Both the position numbers and the translations under genes were made by a program. A DNA stretch of 32,000 nucleotides. It comes from an uncultured Chloroflexia bacterium. GTDB lineage: Bacteria; Chloroflexota; Anaerolineae; Anaerolineales; Anaerolineaceae. Where the stretch lies: the NCBI GenBank assembly GCA_963704755.1, contig OY969938.1, positions 3,120,001 through 3,152,000 of the forward strand. The letters are read 5' to 3'. Below, piece by piece: positions 14,471 to 23,327 of the stretch (position 1 is the first letter of the stretch; each line of letters opens with the position of its first letter). The notes under the pieces are model-generated. The model ran no database searches. It worked only from the letters and a program-made list of their open reading frames with translations, and was not told the origin of the DNA.

Positions 14471-14934
14471 TATTTGCCCGCACCCTCTTCGGGGGCCTTG
14501 CCTTGCGGTTCCTCGTGCATCTTGCGATGCCACTGCTCGACGATCGGGGGGACCTGGTCGTGCTCAGGATCAAAGCCATACGGGCCGAAGCCACGCGGGC
14601 CATAACCCTGGTGATGCATGCCCATGCCGCCGTAGTAACCTCTGTGCCAGGCGCCGGGGAAGAACAGGCGCCGGATCCCGCCAATGATCAGGAACAGGAA
14701 AAAGAGGCCGATCAAGAAGCCAAAGGGGAAGAACCCAAAGCCCCAACCCCACGGGTGGAAGAGATAGCCCGGGTGGACGTACGGGGCAGTCATCCCAGGC
14801 GTAGTGATGGTAACGTTGCCGTTAGCGGCCAAACCGTTCGCCACTCCCTGGTTATAAACTACCACGCCCAGGCCGGCCAGCAAACCGACCACAATCAGCG
14901 TAAATAAGATACTAAGAAAAATTCTACCTTTCAT
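14470..14934 (-). CDS. Hypothetical membrane protein with a Gly/Phe/Trp-rich segment and a His/Met/Gly/Tyr-rich tail
   Basis: 154-aa ORF with GAGGAG SD upstream. It has an N-terminal TM helix, then HPWGWGFGFFPFGFLIGLFFLFLII, then WHRGYYGGMGMHHQGYGPRGFGPYGF. I recognised no family. Confidence 0.6.
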   Translation of the reverse strand: MKGRIFLSILFTLIVVGLLAGLGVVVYNQGVANGLAANGNVTITTPGMTAPYVHPGYLFHPWGWGFGFFPFGFLIGLFFLFLIIGGIRRLFFPGAWHRGYYGGMGMHHQGYGPRGFGPYGFDPEHDQVPPIVEQWHRKMHEEPQGKAPEEGAGK

Positions 14935-15077
14935 CGTTACTCCTCATTATTGATTTCCCGCACCGGAGATTTTCTCCGGCCCAGGATGTCCGTCAATCCA
15001 TAATTGATCATGCTGTTATTATCCATAAGGATTGTGTACCAATTATGAAGAGAAGATGGAAGGATTGTGGAGGGAGG

Positions 15078-15110
15078 CAGTTCAGTGTTACGGTGTTGCA
15101 GTGATTTAGT
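15078..15110 (+). repeat. Solitary short half-array of the CAGTG-word family
   Basis: cagttcagtgttacggtgttgcagtgatttagt lies directly after the permease stop. Confidence 0.5.
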
Positions 15111-16949
15111 CTATAACCCCCAGAATAGCTTCAACCCGGTCAGCAGCAGGATAAAACTAAAAATGGTCAGCAGCCAGCCGGGGCGCAGGTAATCGCTGAA
15201 GCGATAGTTGGCCGGGGCAATCATCAAAATGTTGACCGGGTGCGCCAGGGGCGTAAAAAACGAGGCCGAACAGCCAATGGCCGTCGCCACCGCCACCGCG
15301 TGCGGACTGACGCCCATGCTGATGGCTGCGCTGATGGTCACCGGCCCGGAGACCAGCGCCGCGACCTGCCCGCCGATAATTTGGGTCAATAACGCCGTCA
15401 GCAAATAGGCCCCGCCGGCCACACCCAACGGCCCAAAGTTGCTCACCAGGGCGATCATCCCCTTCCCCAGCGAATCCGCCAGGCCGGTCTGCACCATGGC
15501 TGTACTGACTGCATACATTCCCCCGATCAAGAAAACCGCCTGCCATTCGATCGATTGGTAGGCCTCCTCCATGGTCATCACCTTCAGCAGCAAGGTCAGC
15601 ACGGCCCCGCCCAGCACGCACAGATATACCGGCAGCCCGGCGATCGAAGCCGCCACGGCCAGTACGGTGATGGCCACCACCAGAAAGGCCTGCCGCCCAT
15701 TGACCGGCTGGTCGCTGCGGTCGGTCTGGATCATGATCAGGTCAGATGAATCCCGCAGCGAGCGGATCTTTTCGGCCGTACCGATCACCAGCAGGGAATC
15801 ACCCAACTGCAAGGGGATATCGCCTACGTCCGTTCGGTAGCTGCGGTGCAGCCGTTTCAACGCCACCACGTTCAGGCGAAAAATCTGCCGGAAGGAAATT
15901 TCCTTGAGAGTTTTTCCCACAAATTGGGAATGGGGGCTCAAAATGGCCTCCGCAAAGGTGATCCCATGCGGGCTAAGGTGGCCGTTCTCTTTGGCCGGGG
16001 TCACCTTCAAGCCCAGGTCTTTCAACCCGTCGATCTTTTCTTCCCGCCCCACCAGCAGCAGTTCATCCCCATCCAGGATCACCTGCGTGGCAGCCGGTAA
16101 GATGTAATGCTCCTTGCCGCGCTGCAACACCGCCACAGTCACACCCCAGCGCTGGCCGATCTCGGTTTCGGAGAGGGTTTTGCCGATCAGGGGCGAATCT
16201 TTTTTCAAGGTCGCGCTCCACAGGCGCTCGGGGAGCTGGTACAGCTCTTCCAGTTCGGTGCCGGTGTATGAGCTGAACAACTGGCTCGAAGCCGGCTCGC
16301 GGTCGGGCAGCAGGCGGTGGCCGAACAATCCCAGAAATAAAATACCGCCAATGGCGATCAGCCCGCCGGTGGGCAGAAAATCCAGAAAGTTCAGCGGTAA
16401 CTGAGCCGGGTTGGCGTTTCGCAGCAGGTCGCTCATGATGATGTTGGCGGAAGTGAAATAAGTGGCCGTCCCGCCCAACAGGCTGCCGTAGGCCACCGGG
16501 ATGAGCAGCTTGCTCGGGCGGATCCCGGCCCGCCGGCTGGCGATCATGGCGCTGGGCAGCACCAGCGCCCCGGCCGCCAGGTTATTCATGAACAACGACA
16601 GGAATGCGGTCACCGCGGCGAACAGGGTGATCAGCCGGGCTTCCTTCTTTTCACCTAAACGCAAAATGACCCCAGCCAGCCAATTGGTCACCCCGCTTTT
16701 ATCCAGCCCGCGGGTGATGATAAACAGGCCAACCAGGATAATGACAACCGGTTCGCTGAACCCGGCGATCGCTTTGATCGCATCCGGTGGTGAGGCCGCC
16801 GGCCCGAGCAGCCCCAGGCCAAACATCTGTCCCAGGCCCAGCAAAGACGCCATCAAAATGGCAGCCAGATCCAGCCGTAAACGGTTCGCAAATACGAAAA
16901 TTAACGGGACGAGAACTACAGCAACGAGGACAATTTGCGCGGGTTGCAT
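15111..16949 (-). CDS. SLC13/DASS-type anion permease with two central TrkA-C (RCK_C) domains
   Basis: 612 aa. Hydrophobic N- and C-terminal halves flank two soluble repeats (LIGKTLSETEIGQRWGVTVAVLQRG.., FVGKTLKEISFRQIFRLNVVALKR..). Confidence 0.8.
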   Translation of the reverse strand: MQPAQIVLVAVVLVPLIFVFANRLRLDLAAILMASLLGLGQMFGLGLLGPAASPPDAIKAIAGFSEPVVIILVGLFIITRGLDKSGVTNWLAGVILRLGEKKEARLITLFAAVTAFLSLFMNNLAAGALVLPSAMIASRRAGIRPSKLLIPVAYGSLLGGTATYFTSANIIMSDLLRNANPAQLPLNFLDFLPTGGLIAIGGILFLGLFGHRLLPDREPASSQLFSSYTGTELEELYQLPERLWSATLKKDSPLIGKTLSETEIGQRWGVTVAVLQRGKEHYILPAATQVILDGDELLLVGREEKIDGLKDLGLKVTPAKENGHLSPHGITFAEAILSPHSQFVGKTLKEISFRQIFRLNVVALKRLHRSYRTDVGDIPLQLGDSLLVIGTAEKIRSLRDSSDLIMIQTDRSDQPVNGRQAFLVVAITVLAVAASIAGLPVYLCVLGGAVLTLLLKVMTMEEAYQSIEWQAVFLIGGMYAVSTAMVQTGLADSLGKGMIALVSNFGPLGVAGGAYLLTALLTQIIGGQVAALVSGPVTISAAISMGVSPHAVAVATAIGCSASFFTPLAHPVNILMIAPANYRFSDYLRPGWLLTIFSFILLLTGLKLFWGL

Positions 16950-16958
16950 GATTGGGGT

Positions 16959-17945
16959 TTATCGCGCCAGAATGCGGGCCATGTCATAGTATTCCATCGG
17001 AAGCTGTTTCTTTTGAGTGTTCACCTCGGTCAAGGGCACAGTGGCGATATCGCGCCCGTCCAGGCCGACCATTACCCCGCTCTCACCGACCAGCAAGAAC
17101 TCCACCGTGCGGGTGCCAAAACGCGAAGCCAATAACCGGTCCGCCGCAGTGGGCTTACCGCCGCGTTGAATGTGCCCTAAGATGGTCACGCGGGTGCTGA
17201 ACCCCACATCCATGTTGTTGATCCGCTCAGAAAGCTCGCTGGTGCTCGGCCGGGCGCCTTCGGCGACCACCACAATGCAGTGGGTCTTGCCGCGCCGGTA
17301 GGCATATTCGATCGTGCTGGCCACATCCTCGATCGGGGTCTCGACCTCAGGGATCAACACCATTTCGGCTCCGGTGACGATTCCGGCATGCACGGCCAGG
17401 TAGCCCAATTCGCGCCCCATAGTCTCTACCAGGAAGGCCCGGTTGTGCGATGAAGCCGTATCACGCAGCTTATCGATCGCGTCCACGATCGTGTTCAGCG
17501 CTGTATCCACGCCAATACACATATCGGTGCCGTACACGTCGTTGTCGATGCTGGCCGGGGCGCCGATGACTTTGATGCCGCGCTCCGCCAAAATTTGCGC
17601 GCCTTTCAGGCTGCCATCCCCGCCGGCCACGACGACCGCGTCGACCTGGGCGTCGTTGATGTGGCGGATGGCCTCGCGCTGGCCGCCGGCTTCACGGAAC
17701 TCCGGGCAGCGGGCGGTCTGTAAAATCGTCCCGCCGCGCTGCAAGATCCCGCCCACGTCGCGTGCGCCCAGGGGACGAAAATTCCCATGAATCAATCCTT
17801 CGTACCCATTTACTGCGCCGATTACCTGTATGCCGTTGGCCAACCCGGTGCGTACCACCGCCCGGACGAACGGATTCATCCCGGGGGCATCGCCACCCGA
17901 GGTCAAGACACAAATCGTCTTAATTGCACTTTGGTTTGCTACCAT
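16959..17945 (-). CDS. pfkA: ATP-dependent 6-phosphofructokinase
   Basis: Motifs LTSGGDAPGMN, VVAGGDGS (the GGDGS form is typical of ATP-dependent enzymes), MGRELGYLA and LGHIQRGG are present. Its stop lies 9 nt before the permease start. Confidence 0.9.
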   Translation of the reverse strand: MVANQSAIKTICVLTSGGDAPGMNPFVRAVVRTGLANGIQVIGAVNGYEGLIHGNFRPLGARDVGGILQRGGTILQTARCPEFREAGGQREAIRHINDAQVDAVVVAGGDGSLKGAQILAERGIKVIGAPASIDNDVYGTDMCIGVDTALNTIVDAIDKLRDTASSHNRAFLVETMGRELGYLAVHAGIVTGAEMVLIPEVETPIEDVASTIEYAYRRGKTHCIVVVAEGARPSTSELSERINNMDVGFSTRVTILGHIQRGGKPTAADRLLASRFGTRTVEFLLVGESGVMVGLDGRDIATVPLTEVNTQKKQLPMEYYDMARILAR

Positions 17946-18190
17946 CGATCTGTAACCCGTCTCAATAAAAAATATGATTTCTTTGTAACTACCCCGGGAC
18001 CGAGCCCGTTAAGCTGAACAAAAACATTACTTTAAAGAAAACAACAACAATCAAGCACATTATAAAACAATTCACCGCGTATCTCCTTTAATAAGGAGTT
18101 AATGAATGAATTTTCGGGGATTTCTGTGTTGTCGTAGGGGAATAAAACCACGGAGGCACAGAGGACACGGAGAAGATTCGGAAGAATCTG

Positions 18191-18425
18191 GCTCTTAGCC
18201 CCTCTCCCGTTTCTAGGAGAGGGGTTGGGGTAAGGATAGATTTCGGCCAACCATTCCCCGCCGGGGGGTAACGGATTAACGCCTTCTCCCTCCCAGGGAG
18301 AAAGTTGGGTCAAGGGTAGATGCCGGCCAATCAGAATTCCAGGGACCATTCCGGCGCTCTTAGCCCCTCTCCCGTTTCTGGGAGAGGGGTTGGGGTGAGG
18401 GAAAATCCTCGCCCAACCAGAATTC
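18191..18425 (+). repeat. Three tandem copies of a 60-70-bp hairpin repeat (CCCCTCTCCC-loop-GGAGAGGGG + TTGGGGTGAGGG + CGGCCAACCAGAATTC)
   Basis: Copies lie at 18191-18257, 18281-18340 (diverged) and 18356-18425. Further copies lie at 23915-23970 and 31825-31890. Confidence 0.85.
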
Positions 18426-18428
18426 AGG

Positions 18429-21400
18429 CTACTGTAATATGATTTTTTCGACGTTCACGTTGCCCTCGCCGACCATCAGCGTCAGGGCTTGCAGCAGTTC
18501 GGGCCGGATGCCAGTGGTTTCGTTGGGGAATTCCAGCAAATAGCGCTTGCCACCCTCGAAGACCTGCAGGGCAAACTTGTCCCGCCCGGGAGATGAGCGC
18601 AGCATCCCATGAACTCGCTTGACCCGCAGCACATCCTTTTTCTTGTCCCCACACGAACGTAAAATCACCTTAACCATGCGGATCTGGTCGCTATCCTCAT
18701 TGGCCCCGGTCGCAAGCGGCTCGACCAGGTAACGCATTTCCTCCACCACCGGGACAGGGTCGAGGACGGCTGTGGAAATCTTCGCCGCTTCGGCGGATAA
18801 AGCCTTCTCACGCGCCAGTACATCCACGGCAATGGGGGCAGCAGCTTCCCGTTCCGCCGGAACGGCCGCCGCACCAGAATCGGATATTTCGGTTACCGGC
18901 ATGGCCGTTGCCGGTAGATCGGCCGCATAGCTCGCCTTACCATCAGCGGAAGGTTCGGCTATTTTCGCCTGGCTATCCGCGGCAGCCGATTGGTTCCAAT
19001 CAACCGGATCGGGCGGGGGTGGTAGAAAATCCCAATCGTCGTCCAACGGGTTTCCCATCAGCGGGCCTTCCGGTTCGGGGGGCGGCGGAGCAGCCGGTGT
19101 TTCGTTCGCCTGCCCATAATCGAATGTGTTGCCGTTCTCTTCCTCCGGTAAATAGGAAAGGTAAGGGTCAATTTCTTCCCCGCCCGAGCCGACTTCCATA
19201 AACACTTCGCTCAAGCGGTCCACCAGGATCTTGGGGTCGCCGCTGGTGCTATCCACCTTGCCTTCGGCCAGCAGTACCCGGTCCGGTGTGACCAGGGTGC
19301 CGTATTTTTCCCAGGCGCGCGGGAAAATAACCAGCTCGATCTGGCCCTGGATGTCTTCCAGGGTCACAAATCCCATCGGATCACCTTTTTTGGTCTGATG
19401 GTTGCGGAAGCGGGTCACCATCCCCGCCACGGTGACCTTATCACCGGGGTTGGCAGTGCCGAGCTGGCCCGAAAAATACGAGACCTTGCGCTGCAAAGTG
19501 GGCAGATAAGGCGTCAGCGGGTGGTCCGAAACGTACAGGCCGATCAACTCGCGCTCCCATTCCAACTGCTCGCGCTGGTCGAGCAAGGAGGTGGCCGGCA
19601 GAATGATATCCTCTTCCACCCCTTCGATCGTGCCAAAGAAACTCAATTGACCGCTGTTCAGTGCCTTAAAATGGCTGCTGCTAACCGAGATAATCTGGTC
19701 AAGGGCTTCCAGCAGGGCTTTGCGCGGGCCAAAACTGTCTAGCGCACCCACCCGTACCAGGCTTTCCAGGGCTCGTTTGCCAACTTTTTGCAGGTCCACC
19801 CGCCGGGCAAAATCGTTCAGGTCCTTGAACGGCTTGTCCTGGCGCGCCTCGAGCAGAATATCCACCGGCGCCTGCCCCACGTTTTTTACCGCGCCCATGC
19901 CAAAGCGGATGGCGGCGTCTTTCTCCGGCCGGTCCTCGATGGTGAAATCGTAACCCGAATGGTTCACGTCCGGCGGCAGTACCTCGATGCCCATGCTGCG
20001 GCAGTCCGCCGCGTAAAAGGCAACTTTCTCGCTCTCGTTCTTCGAAGCCGAGAGCAGGGCGGTCATGTACTCGTGCGGGTAATGTGTCTTCAGATAAGCG
20101 GTCTGGATCGCGACGATGCCATAGTTGGCCGCGTGGCTCTTGTTGAAACCGTAGCGAGCGAACTCTTCCCAATCGGCGAAGATGGCCTCGGCGGTCTCTT
20201 TCGGCATGCCGCGCTCGCTGGCCCCCTTGATGAATTTCAGGCGGTGCTTGGCCAGCTTCTCTTTTTGTTTCTTGGCGATGGCCTTGCGCAGCTCGTCCGA
20301 TTCGGACAGGGTATACCCGGCCATGTCCACCGCGGCGCGCATAATCTGTTCCTGGTAAATAGGAATGCCGTAGGTCTCCTCAAAGATCGGGCGCATTTTC
20401 TCGTCTTTGAACTCAACCTCTTCCTCATTATGCATCCGCCGGATGTAAGAAGGAATGAACTCTAACGGACCCGGGCGGTACAGCGCCACCATCGCGATGG
20501 CGTTGTCCACGTTTTGCGGCTTCATCTGCACCAGGTAGCGGGTCATGCCGGTGCCTTCAAATTGGAACACGCCGGCCGTGTGGCCTTTGCCCAGGAACTC
20601 GTAGGTCTCCGCGTCATCGGTGGGAATGTTATCCAGGTCGAAGTGTTTGCCGGTGCGTTCCTCGATCAAATTGCAGGCGCGCTGCATGATCGTTAAAGTC
20701 GAAAGACCCAGGAAGTCCACCTTGAGCAGCCCCAGCGATTCGACGATCGACATTTCGAACTGGGTGACCATCTTGACCGGCAACTCTTCCGAGTTGCTGG
20801 TGGGGCGGTGCAAGGGGACGTAATCGATGATCGGCCGGTCGGCGATGATCACCCCGGCAGCGTGGGTGCCGGCGTTGCGTACCGAGCCTTCCATATTAGC
20901 GGCCGTATCGATCAGCTCCTTCAGGTAGGGAGCTTCCTCGTAGATTTTCTTGAAGTCGGGCACCTGGTCCAGGGCCTCGGATATGGAGACCGCTTTGCCC
21001 GGGACGTTGGGGATCAGCTTGCTGACCCGGTCCACCTCGTTGAGCGGAATATCCATCACCCGGCCCACGTCGCGGATAGCGGCCCGCGCGCCCAGGGTGC
21101 CAAAAGTGATGATCTGAGCGACCCGGTCCTCGCCGTATTTGTGCGCGCAGTATTCCATCATGCGCGGGCGCTGGTCGTCCTGAAAGTCCAGGTCGATATC
21201 CGGCATGGAAATACGCCCGGGGTTCAGGAAGCGCTCGAAGATCAGGCCGTGGCCCAACGGCTCCACGGTGGTAATTCCCAGGGTAAAGGCCACCATCGAT
21301 CCGGCGGCCGAACCGCGCGCGTTATACCAGATGCCTACCGAGCGGGCGTAACAGCACAGGTCCCACACGATCAGGAAGTAGGCGTCGAAACCCATTTCGT

Positions 21401-22388
21401 GGATGACGCCCAATTCGTATTCCAGGCGCTGGCGCACTTCCGGTTCGCTCACCCGCTCGCCGTACCGGCGCTTCAAGCCTTCTTCGCATAACTGGCGCAG
21501 ATAAGTCTGGGCAGTGTGGCCTTCCGGCACCTCGAACAGGGGCAGGTGGTAGCCTTTGCTGGAAAGATCCACGTTGGTCCGGTCGGCAATCAACAGCGTG
21601 TTGCTGAGCGCCTCGGGCACCTCGGCGAAGAGGGTGGCCATTTCTTCCGGCGGGCGCAGGTAATACGTCTTGTCCGTCATGCGGAAGCGGTTCGGGTCGC
21701 TCAGCAGCGAACCGGTCTGGATGGCCAGTAGAATGTCCTGGTAACGGGCATCGCCCGGCTCGATATAATGCACGTCGTTGGTGGCCACATAGCGGGCCTG
21801 GTAACGCGTACCGATATCCAGCAGGGTCTTGTTGATGTTCTCCAGCTCTTTGATATCGTGCTGCTGGAGCTCCAGGAAGAAGTTGTCCTGGCCGAAGACG
21901 TCGTAATACCAGTCCAACTGTTGGCGGGCAGCTTCCGGGCCTTTCTGCATAATCAGGCGCGGCACTTCGGCGGCCATGCAGCCCGAGGTAGCAATCAGCC
22001 CTTCGGAATGGGCCGCCAGAAAATCGTGATCGATACGGGGATAATAGTAAAAGCCTTCCAGTTGGGCCGCACTGGCGATCTTCAGTAGGTTTTTATAGCC
22101 GGTATTGTTTTCGGCCAGCAGCAGCAGGTGCGAGGAGGATTTATCCAGGCGTGAATCGCGGTCCTGCATGGTGCGCGCGGCCATATAGGTTTCGATGCCG
22201 ATGATCGGCTTGATGCCGGCCGCCACCGCCGCGTTATAAAATTCGATCACCCCGAACATGGTCCCGTGGTCGGTGATGGCCACCGAGGACATGCCCATAT
22301 CCTTAACGCGCTGGACCAGCTTCTTGATATTCGAGAAGCCGTCCAGGAGAGAATATTGGGTGTGGACGTGAAGGTGCGCAAAAGACAT
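18429..22388 (-). CDS. dnaE: DNA polymerase III alpha subunit with a roughly 255-aa C-terminal extension
   Basis: It has the PHP domain (FAHLHVHTQYSLLDG), polymerase core blocks (GLLKVDFLGLSTLT, AGTHAAGVII, YQEQIM) and an OB fold (VTVAGMVTRFRNHQTKKGDPMGFVTLED). A low-complexity linker and a terminal module follow. Confidence 0.95.
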   Translation of the reverse strand: MSFAHLHVHTQYSLLDGFSNIKKLVQRVKDMGMSSVAITDHGTMFGVIEFYNAAVAAGIKPIIGIETYMAARTMQDRDSRLDKSSSHLLLLAENNTGYKNLLKIASAAQLEGFYYYPRIDHDFLAAHSEGLIATSGCMAAEVPRLIMQKGPEAARQQLDWYYDVFGQDNFFLELQQHDIKELENINKTLLDIGTRYQARYVATNDVHYIEPGDARYQDILLAIQTGSLLSDPNRFRMTDKTYYLRPPEEMATLFAEVPEALSNTLLIADRTNVDLSSKGYHLPLFEVPEGHTAQTYLRQLCEEGLKRRYGERVSEPEVRQRLEYELGVIHEMGFDAYFLIVWDLCCYARSVGIWYNARGSAAGSMVAFTLGITTVEPLGHGLIFERFLNPGRISMPDIDLDFQDDQRPRMMEYCAHKYGEDRVAQIITFGTLGARAAIRDVGRVMDIPLNEVDRVSKLIPNVPGKAVSISEALDQVPDFKKIYEEAPYLKELIDTAANMEGSVRNAGTHAAGVIIADRPIIDYVPLHRPTSNSEELPVKMVTQFEMSIVESLGLLKVDFLGLSTLTIMQRACNLIEERTGKHFDLDNIPTDDAETYEFLGKGHTAGVFQFEGTGMTRYLVQMKPQNVDNAIAMVALYRPGPLEFIPSYIRRMHNEEEVEFKDEKMRPIFEETYGIPIYQEQIMRAAVDMAGYTLSESDELRKAIAKKQKEKLAKHRLKFIKGASERGMPKETAEAIFADWEEFARYGFNKSHAANYGIVAIQTAYLKTHYPHEYMTALLSASKNESEKVAFYAADCRSMGIEVLPPDVNHSGYDFTIEDRPEKDAAIRFGMGAVKNVGQAPVDILLEARQDKPFKDLNDFARRVDLQKVGKRALESLVRVGALDSFGPRKALLEALDQIISVSSSHFKALNSGQLSFFGTIEGVEEDIILPATSLLDQREQLEWERELIGLYVSDHPLTPYLPTLQRKVSYFSGQLGTANPGDKVTVAGMVTRFRNHQTKKGDPMGFVTLEDIQGQIELVIFPRAWEKYGTLVTPDRVLLAEGKVDSTSGDPKILVDRLSEVFMEVGSGGEEIDPYLSYLPEEENGNTFDYGQANETPAAPPPPEPEGPLMGNPLDDDWDFLPPPPDPVDWNQSAAADSQAKIAEPSADGKASYAADLPATAMPVTEISDSGAAAVPAEREAAAPIAVDVLAREKALSAEAAKISTAVLDPVPVVEEMRYLVEPLATGANEDSDQIRMVKVILRSCGDKKKDVLRVKRVHGMLRSSPGRDKFALQVFEGGKRYLLEFPNETTGIRPELLQALTLMVGEGNVNVEKIILQ

Positions 22389-22535
22389 CGATAGCTACTC
22401 AATCGCTCTGATTAGTGATTCGGATCGGGCCGGCCTGGCCCGGACAACCAACGGAATGCTCATTCGACGAGCGCGCAGCCAGGTTGCGCACACCTCAAAT
22501 AAGCACCCCGGATTCTTTTAGGGATGTACCCAGTC

Positions 22536-22544
22536 ATTATAGCA
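22536..22544 (-). promoter_or_regulatory. Extended -10 (TGcTATAAT) about 150 nt upstream of dnaE
   Basis: The minus strand reads gcaTGcTATAATgactgg. The -35 is poor. Confidence 0.3.
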
Positions 22545-22633
22545 TGCGCACATTCCCTGGCGCGGGTTGGCGCAAAACAATTTTTATTTTTTAATGTTTT
22601 TAATCTTACAGGAGGCTTTGAAACGATTTTATT

Positions 22634-23065
22634 TTATGGAACGTCTTCGAGCGCAACTGCCCAATCGATTGACCTCGCCATGGCCCCATCCGCGGTGATC
22701 AAAGGAATATCCAGCCGCCGAGCCAGGGCCGCGTAGCAAGCATCATATGCCGTCAGGTTCCATTCAGCAGCCAGCGTCAGCGCATCTTCCATCAAATCGG
22801 CTGTAGGGGTGGCTTTCAATGCCAACATGCTTAAATCTGCCACATCCGCTTTCGAATCTTCGAGTGACCGGCCAAAGCGGCGAACATATTTCAACAAGAT
22901 GTTGGTGCACTCGATGTAAAAAAGATCGGGAACAAAAAGCTCGACTGGGGGCTGTTCGCCGAGTTTGGCAAAAAGCGCATTAGCTGCTTCCGAACCCGGT
23001 TCGTTGACAAACAGTTTGATCCCCACACTCGCATCGACGACGAAGCGCTGGCCCTCCGCACTCAT
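22634..23065 (-). CDS. vapC: PIN-domain ribonuclease toxin (VapC family)
   Basis: 143 aa. The acidic PIN residues sit in the contexts FVVDASVGIK and YDACYAALARRLDIPLITADG. It overlaps the upstream antitoxin gene by 4 nt. Confidence 0.85.
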   Translation of the reverse strand: MSAEGQRFVVDASVGIKLFVNEPGSEAANALFAKLGEQPPVELFVPDLFYIECTNILLKYVRRFGRSLEDSKADVADLSMLALKATPTADLMEDALTLAAEWNLTAYDACYAALARRLDIPLITADGAMARSIDWAVALEDVP

Positions 23066-23304
23066 CGATCGCGATCCTCGTGTAAAAGATCAAGGCTGGT
23101 GGGTGATTCTTGGGGGGGCGTAAAGCTTCGCCGTCGGATGGAATTTAGCACCGCAGTTTGTTGCAAACGAAGCTCCTCTTCTTCCAAGGCCTGAGCCAGC
23201 ATTTCCACTACCTGGGCGCTCAAAGAGCGATTGCGCATTCTGGCAAGCTGTTTTAATTGCCGATAGAGGTCATCAGGAATGCTGCGGACGTGTAAAGTGT
23301 TCAT
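23062..23304 (-). CDS. vapB: FitA/VapB-like ribbon-helix-helix antitoxin
   Basis: The product begins MNTLHVRSIPDDLYRQLKQLARMRNRSLSAQVVEMLAQAL. I prefer the ATG at 23304 (GGAGAG 10 nt upstream) over the TTG at 23322. Confidence 0.75.
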   Translation of the reverse strand: MNTLHVRSIPDDLYRQLKQLARMRNRSLSAQVVEMLAQALEEEELRLQQTAVLNSIRRRSFTPPQESPTSLDLLHEDRDR

Positions 23305-23327
23305 GCTGTTTTTTCTCTCCAAAAGAT

